Shown: positions 53,575-62,400 of the stretch, piece by piece
How the letters are laid out: the number at the start of each line of letters is the position of its first letter
How positions within the stretch are numbered: position 1 is the first letter of the stretch
NCBI GenBank assembly: GCA_965219445.1
Contig: CBDCNQ010000005.1
Coordinates: 384,001 to 448,000, forward strand
DNA: 64,000 bases
Reading direction: 5' to 3'
DNA from: Longimicrobiales bacterium
Lineage (GTDB): Bacteria; Gemmatimonadota; Gemmatimonadetes; Longimicrobiales; Gaopeijiaceae
The notes under the pieces: model-generated
The model's database searches: none
What the model saw: the letters and a program-made list of their open reading frames with translations, nothing else
Told to the model about the DNA's origin: nothing
Made by a program: the position numbers and the translations under genes

Positions 53575-55074
53575 TCAGCGGCTGGGACCATGATCCCGCT
53601 CTCGCCCACGGTGGCGCATCAGCTCCAGCGCCCGCGCAACGTCTCGGCGAGCGTCCTGTAGTCCCGGGCCAAGTATGTCGCTTGCCCGCTTAGCTGCGCG
53701 ACCTGCCGCTCCAAGGCTTCGACCTGCCTCCGCAAGGTCTCGACCTGCGCGGCGTGCTGCTTCTGCGCCTGCTCGTACTGCGCGGACAACGTCCGCAAAG
53801 CCTTCGTCAACTGCTGTTCTAACGCGGTCATAGAGCTCCTTCACTCGTTCGACAGCTTCACGGCCGGCCGAGTGTCCACGGTCCAGGGCGGATAGGCGAG
53901 CGCGCCGGCCGGCAGCACCACGAACCGCTCCCCCTCGATCTCCCGAAGCGTGATTCCCCAGGTGGTCGCCTCGAGCCGCTCCAGGGTCTGGCGTGCCTCC
54001 CCGATATCCAGGTCGAGGGCGGCGGCCGTCTCGATCCGGGCCTGGATGCGCGTCGACAGCCAGTGCAGCGTCGCCCAGCTCCCGCCGCAGATGCCGAGCC
54101 AGAGGCTCAGGCCGACTACCAGGGGCCGGAGCCAGGCCTTGAGCAGGAGCGCGCGCATCCGCCCGGTCGCCACCGCCGTATCGGCTTCGATGGTACGCAG
54201 CGCGTTGTTCGCAACACGCTGCGAGTTCGCGCCGAGCCGCTCGAGCTCGCTCGCGGTCAATTCCTCGATCGCCTGGCGTTCGCTCTCCAGCCGTCTGCGC
54301 AATCGCTCGGTCAAGTCGTTCGCGTTTGAAGTCATGTGCGTATAGCTCTCCTTTCAGACGCCACCGGTCCCCGGTCTCGGGGTCCAGCGCCGTGATGTAG
54401 TCCTTGCCCTGGCGCGGCACCTCCAGGCCCGCCTCCCGCAGGGCGGCGACGATATCGGCCCTATTCCGTACCGTGCCGTGCTCGACACGCTGGAGCAGGT
54501 AGTCGCGGATCAGGTCGCGGGGGGCGGGCTCGAGCGCGAGGCCGGCACGCAGGTGCGCCGCCTCGACGTAGGCGCGGTGACCGGGGTGCTGCACCCGAGC
54601 CAGCGCCGGGTCATCCGGCCGGCTCCAGCCGTGTTCGGCGTTGAAGGCGTCGCGGAGCGGGTCGAATGTCTTCTGCCAGCCCGGCGGCGCGATGTTGAGG
54701 CTCCGGCCGGTCTCGAGGTCGCACCGCGCGGCGAGGACATGCACGTGAACGCCGCCGTCGCGCTCCCGATGCACCACGGCCGCCCAGGCGTAGCGGTCGG
54801 GCTCGAGCCCCGCCCAGGCCGTCTGTTCAAAGGCATCGATGACCGCGCCGATCTGCGCGTCGGTCGGAGTGTCGTCCGGTGCCCAGGCAATCACGCCCGA
54901 CGTGTACTTGTGCTCGAACGCCAGCGCGTCGGCCACCGCGGCGACGTGATGGGGATCCCCCCGGAGGACCTCCACGCCCTCGCGCAGTTGCCCCGTCGCG
55001 TCCCGCGCCCCGAGCAGGTAGTCGGCCGCCGCCCGGGCCGAGCCGGTTCCGCGAGCCAGGAATTTAATGTGCAT
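53575..55074 (-). CDS. mobA: ColE1/MbeA-like relaxase
   Basis: KFLARG.GS..AADYLL, VLRGDP, KYTSGVI, HRERDGGVHVH, DLETGRSL. Confidence 0.88.
   Translation of the reverse strand: MHIKFLARGTGSARAAADYLLGARDATGQLREGVEVLRGDPHHVAAVADALAFEHKYTSGVIAWAPDDTPTDAQIGAVIDAFEQTAWAGLEPDRYAWAAVVHRERDGGVHVHVLAARCDLETGRSLNIAPPGWQKTFDPLRDAFNAEHGWSRPDDPALARVQHPGHRAYVEAAHLRAGLALEPAPRDLIRDYLLQRVEHGTVRNRADIVAALREAGLEVPRQGKDYITALDPETGDRWRLKGELYAHDFKRERLDRAIAQTAGERTPGDRGIDRERARAARRELAACCEQRAAYHRSRYGGGDRADARAPAQGLAPAPGSRPEPLARHLRRELGDAALAVDAHPGPDRDGRRPRPGYRGGTPDPGAARGDHLGNHASGDRGGAVRGAAGRRARLSALDRGHSAGREAVERVKELYDRVRTAVDEGFADVVRAVRAGAEAARRAGRDLAEAGRSLGAAGRAAKRASDILGPGLQDARRDVARALELMRHRGRERDHGPSR
53619..53831 (-). CDS. 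mobD: MbeD/MobD-like protein nested in relaxase gene
   Basis: MTALEQQLTKALRTL coiled coil; AAGGAG RBS; position as in ColE1. Confidence 0.7.
   Translation of the reverse strand: MTALEQQLTKALRTLSAQYEQAQKQHAAQVETLRRQVEALERQVAQLSGQATYLARDYRTLAETLRGRWS
53841..54335 (-). CDS. mobB: MbeB/MobB-like protein nested in relaxase gene
   Basis: AAGGAG RBS; coiled coil, single TM, FVVLP.G motif; homologous start at 10257. Confidence 0.7.
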   Translation of the reverse strand: MTSNANDLTERLRRRLESERQAIEELTASELERLGANSQRVANNALRTIEADTAVATGRMRALLLKAWLRPLVVGLSLWLGICGGSWATLHWLSTRIQARIETAAALDLDIGEARQTLERLEATTWGITLREIEGERFVVLPAGALAYPPWTVDTRPAVKLSNE

Positions 55075-55402
55075 CGGGGTCGGGGCGTCCGACGGGGGCC
55101 AACGCCGCGAGCGCCCGCTCGATCGCGACCAGGTGGGCGACGATCTCGACGGTCTCGGCGTTCGCTTTGAAGGTATTGGCCCAGCGGGCGATCTGGTTCA
55201 GGTTCGCCCCGATCCGCGCCAGCTCGCGGGTCCGCTCTCGCTCCACCTCGGTCGCCGGGGCGGTCCACGTACGCGTACGCGCCATGGCCTGCCGGAGCAG
55301 CGCCGACAGCGACACGCCAGCGGCCGCGGCCTTGGCCCGCCAGTCGGCGAGCTCGGCCGGCGATACGCGGGCGGCCGCAGTGACGGTGCGGCGATCGGCC
55401 AT
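55064..55402 (-). CDS. mobC: MobC relaxosome accessory protein
   Basis: RHH start, LARIGANLNQIARWAN; overlaps the relaxase ATG. Confidence 0.88.
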   Translation of the reverse strand: MADRRTVTAAARVSPAELADWRAKAAAAGVSLSALLRQAMARTRTWTAPATEVERERTRELARIGANLNQIARWANTFKANAETVEIVAHLVAIERALAALAPVGRPDPDAH

Positions 55403-55469
55403 CAGGACGCACCGCCAGGGGAGAAAGGGGCGCGAGCCCCGCCCGCGAACTCCGCCAGAGGGCGGACAT

Positions 55470-55535
55470 CCGGGGGATCGAAGGGGGCGGAGCACCCCTC
55501 GCCAGCCCTAATGTTGCACATTGGGTAGGCTGGCT
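55470..55535 (-). other. Putative oriT region (copy 4, upstream of intact mob operon)
   Basis: AATGT-GCA-ACATT palindrome then AGGGCTGGCG; position upstream of mobC. Confidence 0.6.
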
Positions 55536-55706
55536 CTCCCGCCGTAGCGGCCAAACTCGCCCGCCGACGGTCGGAACACTGGGCCGTCAAAATCGCCATA
55601 CCCGTATATTGAGGAGCCCGCCTTATGCGGTGTCAACAACGGGCAAAAAGGCGATGTCCCAGGTGTTCCAGCGACGTACCAGAAGCGGACCCGGCTCCGC
55701 CAGCGG
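55523..55706 (+). repeat. ~200-bp res-like repeat, copy B
   Basis: Contains CCGTCAAAATCGCCATACCCGTATATTGAGG; near-identical to copy A. Confidence 0.85.
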
Positions 55707-55986
55707 CGGCGGGAAGGGATGGCGGCGACACCGGCCGAAGCGAGGGACCGGCTAGTCTCGCGGGCCTGGAGGATCGCCGCCCTCCGGGCTCCGGGCGGAC
55801 CGGCTTTCGGCGCGAAGCGGAGTTCGATCGCGGGCTCGGGTGGGCTCTCGACGAGGCGCGCTCAAGCGCGGCGGGAGGTAGGTTGGATGCACGAGCCGGA
55901 TAACGGTCAGGGGAGGATTCGACGATACGAAGAATTGTAATGCTGCACGGGGTTGGCCCGGTGCTATTGGCCCCGGGAGATCGCGG

Positions 55987-56975
55987 ATGACGATGGTCCA
56001 GCCCTTCCAGGCGAGTCTCTTCGCCGAGGACTTCCTGCGCGAAGCGATCGAGGGGCTTCCCGAATGGCAGGACTTAGTCGAAGCAGCGCTCGGGGATCTT
56101 GAGGCTTCGTTGCGTGGCCTGTTTGATCGCTTCCCGACGGAGCTGTCGCCCAACGAGAGCCAGACCGAGGATGATCTGATCTGGCCGGTGTTGGCGCGAC
56201 TCGGATGGACATCCAGCCTCAGGCAGCAGAACCTCTCGGCGCGCGGCCGCGAAGACGTGCCGGACGGCTTGCTGTTCGCGGACGGCGCCTCGAAGGACCG
56301 GGCAAACCGCTTCGCCGAGGAGTGGAGACGCTACGAGGACGGCCTCGCCGTCGTGGAGTCGAAACGATGGTCTCGACCCCTCGACCGGCGCTCGGGGCGG
56401 CGGGGCGAGGAGTCCGCGCCCTCTACGCAGATGCTGCGCTACCTCCGCCGCATCGACGACCTGACCACCGGCAAGCTCCGGTGGGGCATTCTGACGAACG
56501 GCGCCCGCTGGCGCCTCTATTACGCCGGCGCGCGCTCGGTCTCCGAGCAGTTCTTCGAGATCGATCTCGCGGCGGTTCTGGATGTTCCGGGCCTCGGCCG
56601 GGAAGCCATCCCGACCGAGGCCCGGCGACACTGGCTGAAGGTGTTCTGGCTGGTGTTCCGGCGAGATGCCTTCCTGCCCGACGCGGCGGACGAACGAACC
56701 TTTCACCAGCGCGCGATCGAGGAAGGCCGCTTCCATCAGGAACGGGTCGCCAGCAGCCTGTCCGTCCTGGTCTTCGAGCAAGTCTTCCCGGACTTTGTTC
56801 GGGCACTGGCCAAGGCAGATCCCGAAGCCCCGTTGCCCGAAGTGCGCGACGCAGCGTTGGTCTTGCTCTACAGGCTTCTCTTCGTGCTTTACGCCGAAGA
56901 CCGCGATCTCCTGCCGGTACGCGACAGCCGCTACGACGAGACTACGCACTCCGGGAGCGGGTTCGTGGCGACATC
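55987..56975 (+). pseudogene. Type IIG restriction-modification enzyme, N-terminal fragment
   Basis: NESQTEDDLI.PVL..LGW, PDGLLF, VESKRW, WGILTNGARWRLY, LLYRLLFVLYAEDRDLLP; cut before the MTase motifs. Confidence 0.8.
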
Positions 56976-57270
56976 GGCCGCCTCCCGGGCCGAGCCGGTT
57001 CCGCGGGCCAAGAACTTAATGTGCATCGGCGTCGGGGCGGACGACGGGGGCCAGTGTCCTAAGCGGCCGCTCGATGGCGACCAGGTGGGCGACGATCTCG
57101 ACGGTCTCGGCGTTCGCTTTGAAGGTATTGGCCCAGCGGGCGATCTGGTTCAGGTTCGCCCCGATCCGCGCCAGCTCGCGGGTCCGCTCTCGCTCCACCT
57201 CGGCGTGCGCCACGGTCCAGGGGCGCACCCGGCCAACCGACCGGCGCACCAGATCCGACAGCGTCAACCC
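56973..57270 (-). pseudogene. mobC 3' part plus first 18 codons of relaxase
   Basis: Near-identical to 55020-55250; MHIKFLARGTGSAREAAD from 57026. Confidence 0.85.
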
Positions 57271-57616
57271 TGAGCCGGTTGTCCCGTCGCTCTCTTCCCG
57301 GCCAGTCGGCGGCCTTCCCCTAGTTAAAGGAGGGTCGGCTTCCGCATCACGCGTTTCGGAGCCTGCTCGGCGTTCACTCACGTTCCGGCCTGCATGGTCG
57401 CTGAACCGCCTACCGACTTAGCTCCTCCCTTGGCCGTCTCCGCCGTTTCCGGCTTCGTGCCCGTTTAGGGCGTCGCATATCGGTCGCAGCCCTTTTGCCA
57501 AAGTGCTTCAACCCATGTCGTTACCTCCATGAATCGCTCTGGCTGCTACTAGCGGAAGCGACAGTCGCTGGGTGGGATTCGCACCCACTAGGAAAACGCG
57601 CCTTTCCACGGCGCAC
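57270..57616 (-). mobile_element. Group II intron 5' fragment (domain I, no RT)
   Basis: Starts GTGCGCCGTGGAAAGGCGCG..GGGTGCGAATCCCACCC..GTAGCAGCC..GGAGGTAACGA; later GGAACGTGAGTGAACGCCGAGCAGGCTCCGAAA..GCCGACCC..GGGGAAGGC. Confidence 0.75.
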
Positions 57617-57719
57617 TTCAACATTGCGATGGAGTGGACGCCCCCCACACCGGGCACCAATGTGCGCCGGATGAGGAGAACGCACACGGGGTGCGTTCGG
57701 GACACGAGAGGGGGGATCC

Positions 57720-58766
57720 ATGGGCAAGGTGGTCAGCATCATCGGCATCGATATCTCGAAGAGGTACTTCCAACTGCACGGGGCCACGGAGGGCGGTGAG
57801 CCCGTGCTGCGCAGGAAGCTGACGCGCTCGAAGCTGCTCGAGTTCCTCGCCAAGCAGCCTGTTTGCCGGGTCGTGATGGAAGTGTGCGCGAGCGCCCACC
57901 ATTGGGGGCGGATGATCCGGGAGCTCGGCCACGAAGTCCGCCTGATTCCCCCGGTGTATGTGAAGCCTTATGTGAAGAGGCAGAAGAACGATGCCAACGA
58001 CGCCGGGGCGATCGTCGAGGCGGCCCAGCGGCCGACGATGCGGTTCGTGGCCGTGAAGACCGAGGAGGAGCAGGCACACTCGGTGGTGTTCCGGGCCCGG
58101 GAGCTGCTGGTGCACCAGCGGACGCAGACGATCAATGCGCTACGGGGTCACCTCGCGGAGTTCGGACTCGTCGTTCCGCTCGGGATCCACAACGTCGGGA
58201 GGCTGGAAGAGGCGTACGCGGAGTGTGAGGAGTTCTTCCCGGTGCTGGTACCCCCCGCGATACGCCTCCTCATCGAGCGGATCCACGACCTGGATGCGGA
58301 GATCGATGAGATGGACCGGGAGATCCGTCGGATGGTGAGGGAAGACGAGGCGCTCCGGCGCCTGATGACGATCCCGGGGGTGGGAGAGCTCACGGCGATG
58401 GCGGTCCACACCTTTGCGCCACCGATGGAGAGCTTCCGCACGGGGCGCGACTTCGGGGCATGGGTAGGGCTCACGCCGCGTGAATCGTCGACGGGTGGCC
58501 GCCAGCGGCTGGGGCGGATCACGAAGATGGGTCAGCGCGACATCAGGAGGCTCCTGTACCTGGGGGCGACGTCGGTCATCTCGAGTGCCATCCGGCGGGG
58601 GGAGGTCACCGATCCCTGGCTTCGGCGGATGCTGGACGAGAAGCCGAGGAAGGTGGTTGCGGTGGCACTGGCCAACAGGATGGCGCGCATCATCTGGGCC
58701 GTGACGGTGAAGGCGGAGAACTACAGGGCACGGGGAGTGACGAAGGCCGTTTCTGCAGCAGCGTAG
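57720..58766 (+). CDS. IS110-family DEDD recombinase/transposase
   Basis: IGIDISK, MEVC, KNDANDA, IPGVG, GLTPRESSTGG, VAVALANRMAR. Confidence 0.95.
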   Translation: MGKVVSIIGIDISKRYFQLHGATEGGEPVLRRKLTRSKLLEFLAKQPVCRVVMEVCASAHHWGRMIRELGHEVRLIPPVYVKPYVKRQKNDANDAGAIVEAAQRPTMRFVAVKTEEEQAHSVVFRARELLVHQRTQTINALRGHLAEFGLVVPLGIHNVGRLEEAYAECEEFFPVLVPPAIRLLIERIHDLDAEIDEMDREIRRMVREDEALRRLMTIPGVGELTAMAVHTFAPPMESFRTGRDFGAWVGLTPRESSTGGRQRLGRITKMGQRDIRRLLYLGATSVISSAIRRGEVTDPWLRRMLDEKPRKVVAVALANRMARIIWAVTVKAENYRARGVTKAVSAAA

Positions 58767-58939
58767 GGTTGCGAGTCAGATGAGTGGAGCAAACGAGCGT
58801 TGGCTAGACCCGAAACCCGGAGGAGGCGAGAGATGAGATCATCGGGGGTGACGGCTCGATCACCCCAATGGGCATGAGCTGGGAAGGTCCCAACTGGAGA
58901 GGGCAGGCAGGACGGCGGACAAGGTAGGGGCAAACGGTC

Positions 58940-59085
58940 GGCAAGACGGGGTCGGAAAAACCAGTAGCCTACGATGGGCCACCGAGCCCGCCATTGCGAT
59001 TCGGATCCGATCTCACGAACACCATACGGGCCCGCGGCCAGAAATGTGCCGCACCAAGAGGCCGCACATACGACCGTACCTGACC
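58940..59085 (+). ncRNA. Putative bridge/seek RNA of the IS1111 element
   Basis: Target-like guides AGCCTACG (58966) and CATTGCG (58992) flank a GGGC/GCCC hairpin; donor-like CCATACG (59022) and CACATACG (59065). RNA boundaries approximate. Confidence 0.75.
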
Positions 59086-59143
59086 TGACTGCCACCGACT
59101 TCGGTACGACGTCAGGCTTGCCAACCAGGGGGGCGTCCACATT

Positions 59144-59366
59144 CGTGGGCTGGCTCCCGTCCGCTAAGCCAACTCAGCCGCCGACGCTGGGAACCCTGGG
59201 CCGTCAAAATCTCCATACCCGTACATTGACGAGCCCGCCTTATGCGGTGTCAACAACGGGCAAAGAGGCGATGTCCCTGGAGTTCCAGCGACGTACCAGA
59301 GGCGGACCCGGCTCCGCCAGCGGACGCCCGATCTGCTCCCGGAGAGCCGGAGGAGAACCTCGATTC
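59144..59366 (+). repeat. ~200-bp res-like repeat, copy C (diverged)
   Basis: CCGTCAAAATCTCCATACCCGTACATTGACG; direct to copy B, inverted to copy A. Confidence 0.85.
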
Positions 59367-59487
59367 GCGGTGGGTCGAGGCACCGCTTATTCTGCACCAG
59401 TTCATCCACCGGCAGAAGAGGCGAGTAGCGCCACAGTTTGGCCCCTGGGATAGGATGAGTGAGCCCTATGGCCCCTTGCGAAATCCG

Positions 59488-62400
59488 ATGACTCGTCACC
59501 GCACCATCATCCGGCTGTCGGCGGTGCTAGCGGTTGTGGCCTTGGCCAAGGGGTGCGGGGACGGTGACAGCCCTACCGCGCCTCCAACGCCAGAGCCCGC
59601 CCGTCCGACGACGGTCACGGTAACCCCCGCCACGGCCGAGCTGACCGCATTGGGTGCAACCGTTCAGTTGAGGGCAGAGGTGCGTGACCAGAACGCCAGG
59701 GTGATGGCTGGGACCACCGTGACTTGGACGAGCAGCGCCAACTCAGTGGCGACGGTGAACGCGTCGGGTTTGGTGGTGGGGGTCGCCGAAGGGACGGCGA
59801 CGATCACGGCGAGTGCGGGAAGCGCACAGGGAACGGCAGAGATCATGGTCGGTCCCAACCGGGACGGGGCCGCGCTGATCGCGCTGTACGAAGCGACGGA
59901 TGGGCCAAACTGGGTCGATGCCGAAAACTGGCTGACCGACGCACCGCTCGGCGACTGGTACGGGGTGGACGCCGATGATTCCGGCCGAGTCGTCGGTCTG
60001 AGTCTCGGCCGCAACAACCTGACGGGCTCGATCCCACCCGAGCTTGGCAACCTCACGAGCCTTACGAGGCTATGGCTCCGCAGCAACAATCTGACGGGCT
60101 CGATTCCGACCGAGTTCGGCCGCCTTACTAGGCTGACGCACCTGTGGCTAGAACGTAACAACCTTTCGGGTCCGATCCCAGAAAGCTTTCTCCAGATCGA
60201 TGGTTTGACGCGGTTCCACTTCGAACGAAACGCGGATCTGTGCGCTCCGGGCACCTCAGATTTCGTGACTTGGCTGCAGGACATACCGGATGTTTCCCCA
60301 AGCCCCTACTGCAACGAGTCGGACATGGAGGTCCTCGAACTCGTCTACGAGACCTCCGGCGGGCCCAACTGGATAGAGTCCACCGGCTGGCTAGAGACGC
60401 CGGCACTGGAAGCATGGCATGGGGTGACGGCGAACTCTCTCGGTCAGGTAGTGGCCCTCGACTTAGCCCGCAACGGTTTGATGGGTCGGCTACCGGCCAA
60501 TCTTGGAAGCTTGGCTGACATGACGACACTGCGGGTCGGGGGCAACGCGCTCTCTGGACCGTTACCGCGTTCCCTGGCCCAGCTCTCGCTTGTCGAGTTC
60601 CACTACGCCGACACTCACCTGTGTGCCCCGGCGGTAGCATCTTTCCGGGTGTGGCTGAACGGCATTGCGTCGCTTGAGGGCACGGGTGTGGAATGTGCAC
60701 CCCCCTCTGACCGAGAGATCCTGGTAGCGCTGTACGAAGCGACGGATGGACGGAATTGGGCTATTGCCGACAACTGGTTGACCGTCGCGCCGCTCGAGGA
60801 CTGGTACGGAGTCTGGGCCGATGCCCGAGGCCGGGTCACAAGGCTGTCCCTTTCGGACAACGAGCTGGCTGGCCCAATTCCCGCTGAACTAGGTGACCTC
60901 GCAGCTCTGAATGGGTTGACGCTCAGCCACAACAACCTCTCGGGCCCAATCCCGCCCGAGCTTGGCAACCTGCCGATGCTCGCTGGACTCTTGCTCAGCT
61001 CCAACAACCTCGCGGGACCGATTCCGCCCGAGTTCGGCCGCCTTACTAGGCTGACGCACTTGTGGCTAGAACGTAACAACCTTTCGGGTCCGATCCCCCC
61101 CGAACTCGGCAGCCTCGCCGACCTGCTAGTCCTGAGTCTCGGGGAAAACGACCTCTCGGGTCCGATTCCGCCCGAACTCGGCAGCCTCGCCAACATGACG
61201 CGGCTGTATCTCGGCGATAACGACCTAACCGGCGAAATCCCACCCGGACTCGGTAACCTCGCCAGGCTGGAGCGCATGGATCTCTACGCTAACGACCTCT
61301 CGGGCCCGATCCCACGTGAACTCGGTAGCCTCACCAACCTTGAGAGTCTGCGTCTCGTCAACAACGACCTGACGGGTCCGGTGCCCCCTGAGTTCGGTGG
61401 AATGTCGAGCCTGCGACGGCTGTCCCTCACAAACAATTCTGGGATGTCGGGAGCGTTACCGGCCGGACTGACGGCTCTTAGGCTCGAGGCACTGCTGGCC
61501 GGGGGCACGGATCTTTGCGCACCCCCGGACCCTGGATTCCAAGCTTGGCTGGAAGGAGTCCACAGGCGCCGCGTAGCCGCCTGCGCTAACGGAGACCCGC
61601 CGATGGCGTACGTGACACAGGCGGTGCAGTCGCGGGAGTACCCGGTTCCGCTGGTTGCGGGCGAGAAGGCTCTACTGCGAGTCTTCGTTACGGCTGCGCG
61701 CCACACGACGGCCGGCATCCCCTCTGTCCGGGCACGGTTCTACCTGAACGGAACCGAGACGCATGTAGCGGACATCCCGGCCATGACGACGCCCATCCCG
61801 ACGGAGGTTCTCGAACACGATCTGTCGATATCTGCCAACGCCGAGATCCCAGGCGAAATCGTGCAGCCGGGCTTAGAGATGGTGATCGAGATCGACCTAG
61901 AGGGGGTGCTGGACCCCGGGGTCGGGGTGTCGAAGCGGATCCCAGAGACGGGCCGCCAGGTGGTTGAGGTGCGCGAGATGCCCGTGTTTGACCTCACAGT
62001 GATTCCGTTCCTATGGGGCCCAAAGCCGGATGCACTGGTTCTGGACGTAACCGAGGCCATGGCCGAAGACCCACACAACCACGAGTTACTTGCAATGACA
62101 CGGACCTTGCTTCCAGTCGAGGACCTCGTGCTCACTCGACATGAACCTGTGGTGACTTCGCACAACAATTCATTGGACCTGATCCGCGAAACAGAAGCGA
62201 TTCGAGTCCTCGAGGGCGGACGCGGTTACTACATGGGAACGATGACCGGAGAGTTCGCAGGAATTGATGGACTGGCCCTCCAGAACGGACGTTCGATTTT
62301 CTCCAAGACGGACCGTGGAGAGCGATCAGAGTTTGTGATCGCACACGAGCTGGGACACAACATGGGTCTCTACCACCCGCCGGGGTGCCGGGCGGGTCAT

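Larger units (their letters stand above)
57627..59143 (+). mobile_element. IS110-family, IS1111-type element, apparently complete
   Basis: Perfect 13-bp subterminal IR GTGGACGCCCCCC (57634-57646 / 59128-59140); CG core at both junctions; long 3' non-coding region. Confidence 0.88.

Noticed and set aside
55625..55903. Recurring ORF MRCQQRAKRRCP (also 28336-28569 and 59242)
   Set aside because: Lies in the res-like repeat; copies diverge into unrelated sequence, so likely non-coding.
57271..57381. N-terminus of ORF 57016-57381 as part of MobC
   Set aside because: This stretch is group II intron RNA sequence fused by deletion.
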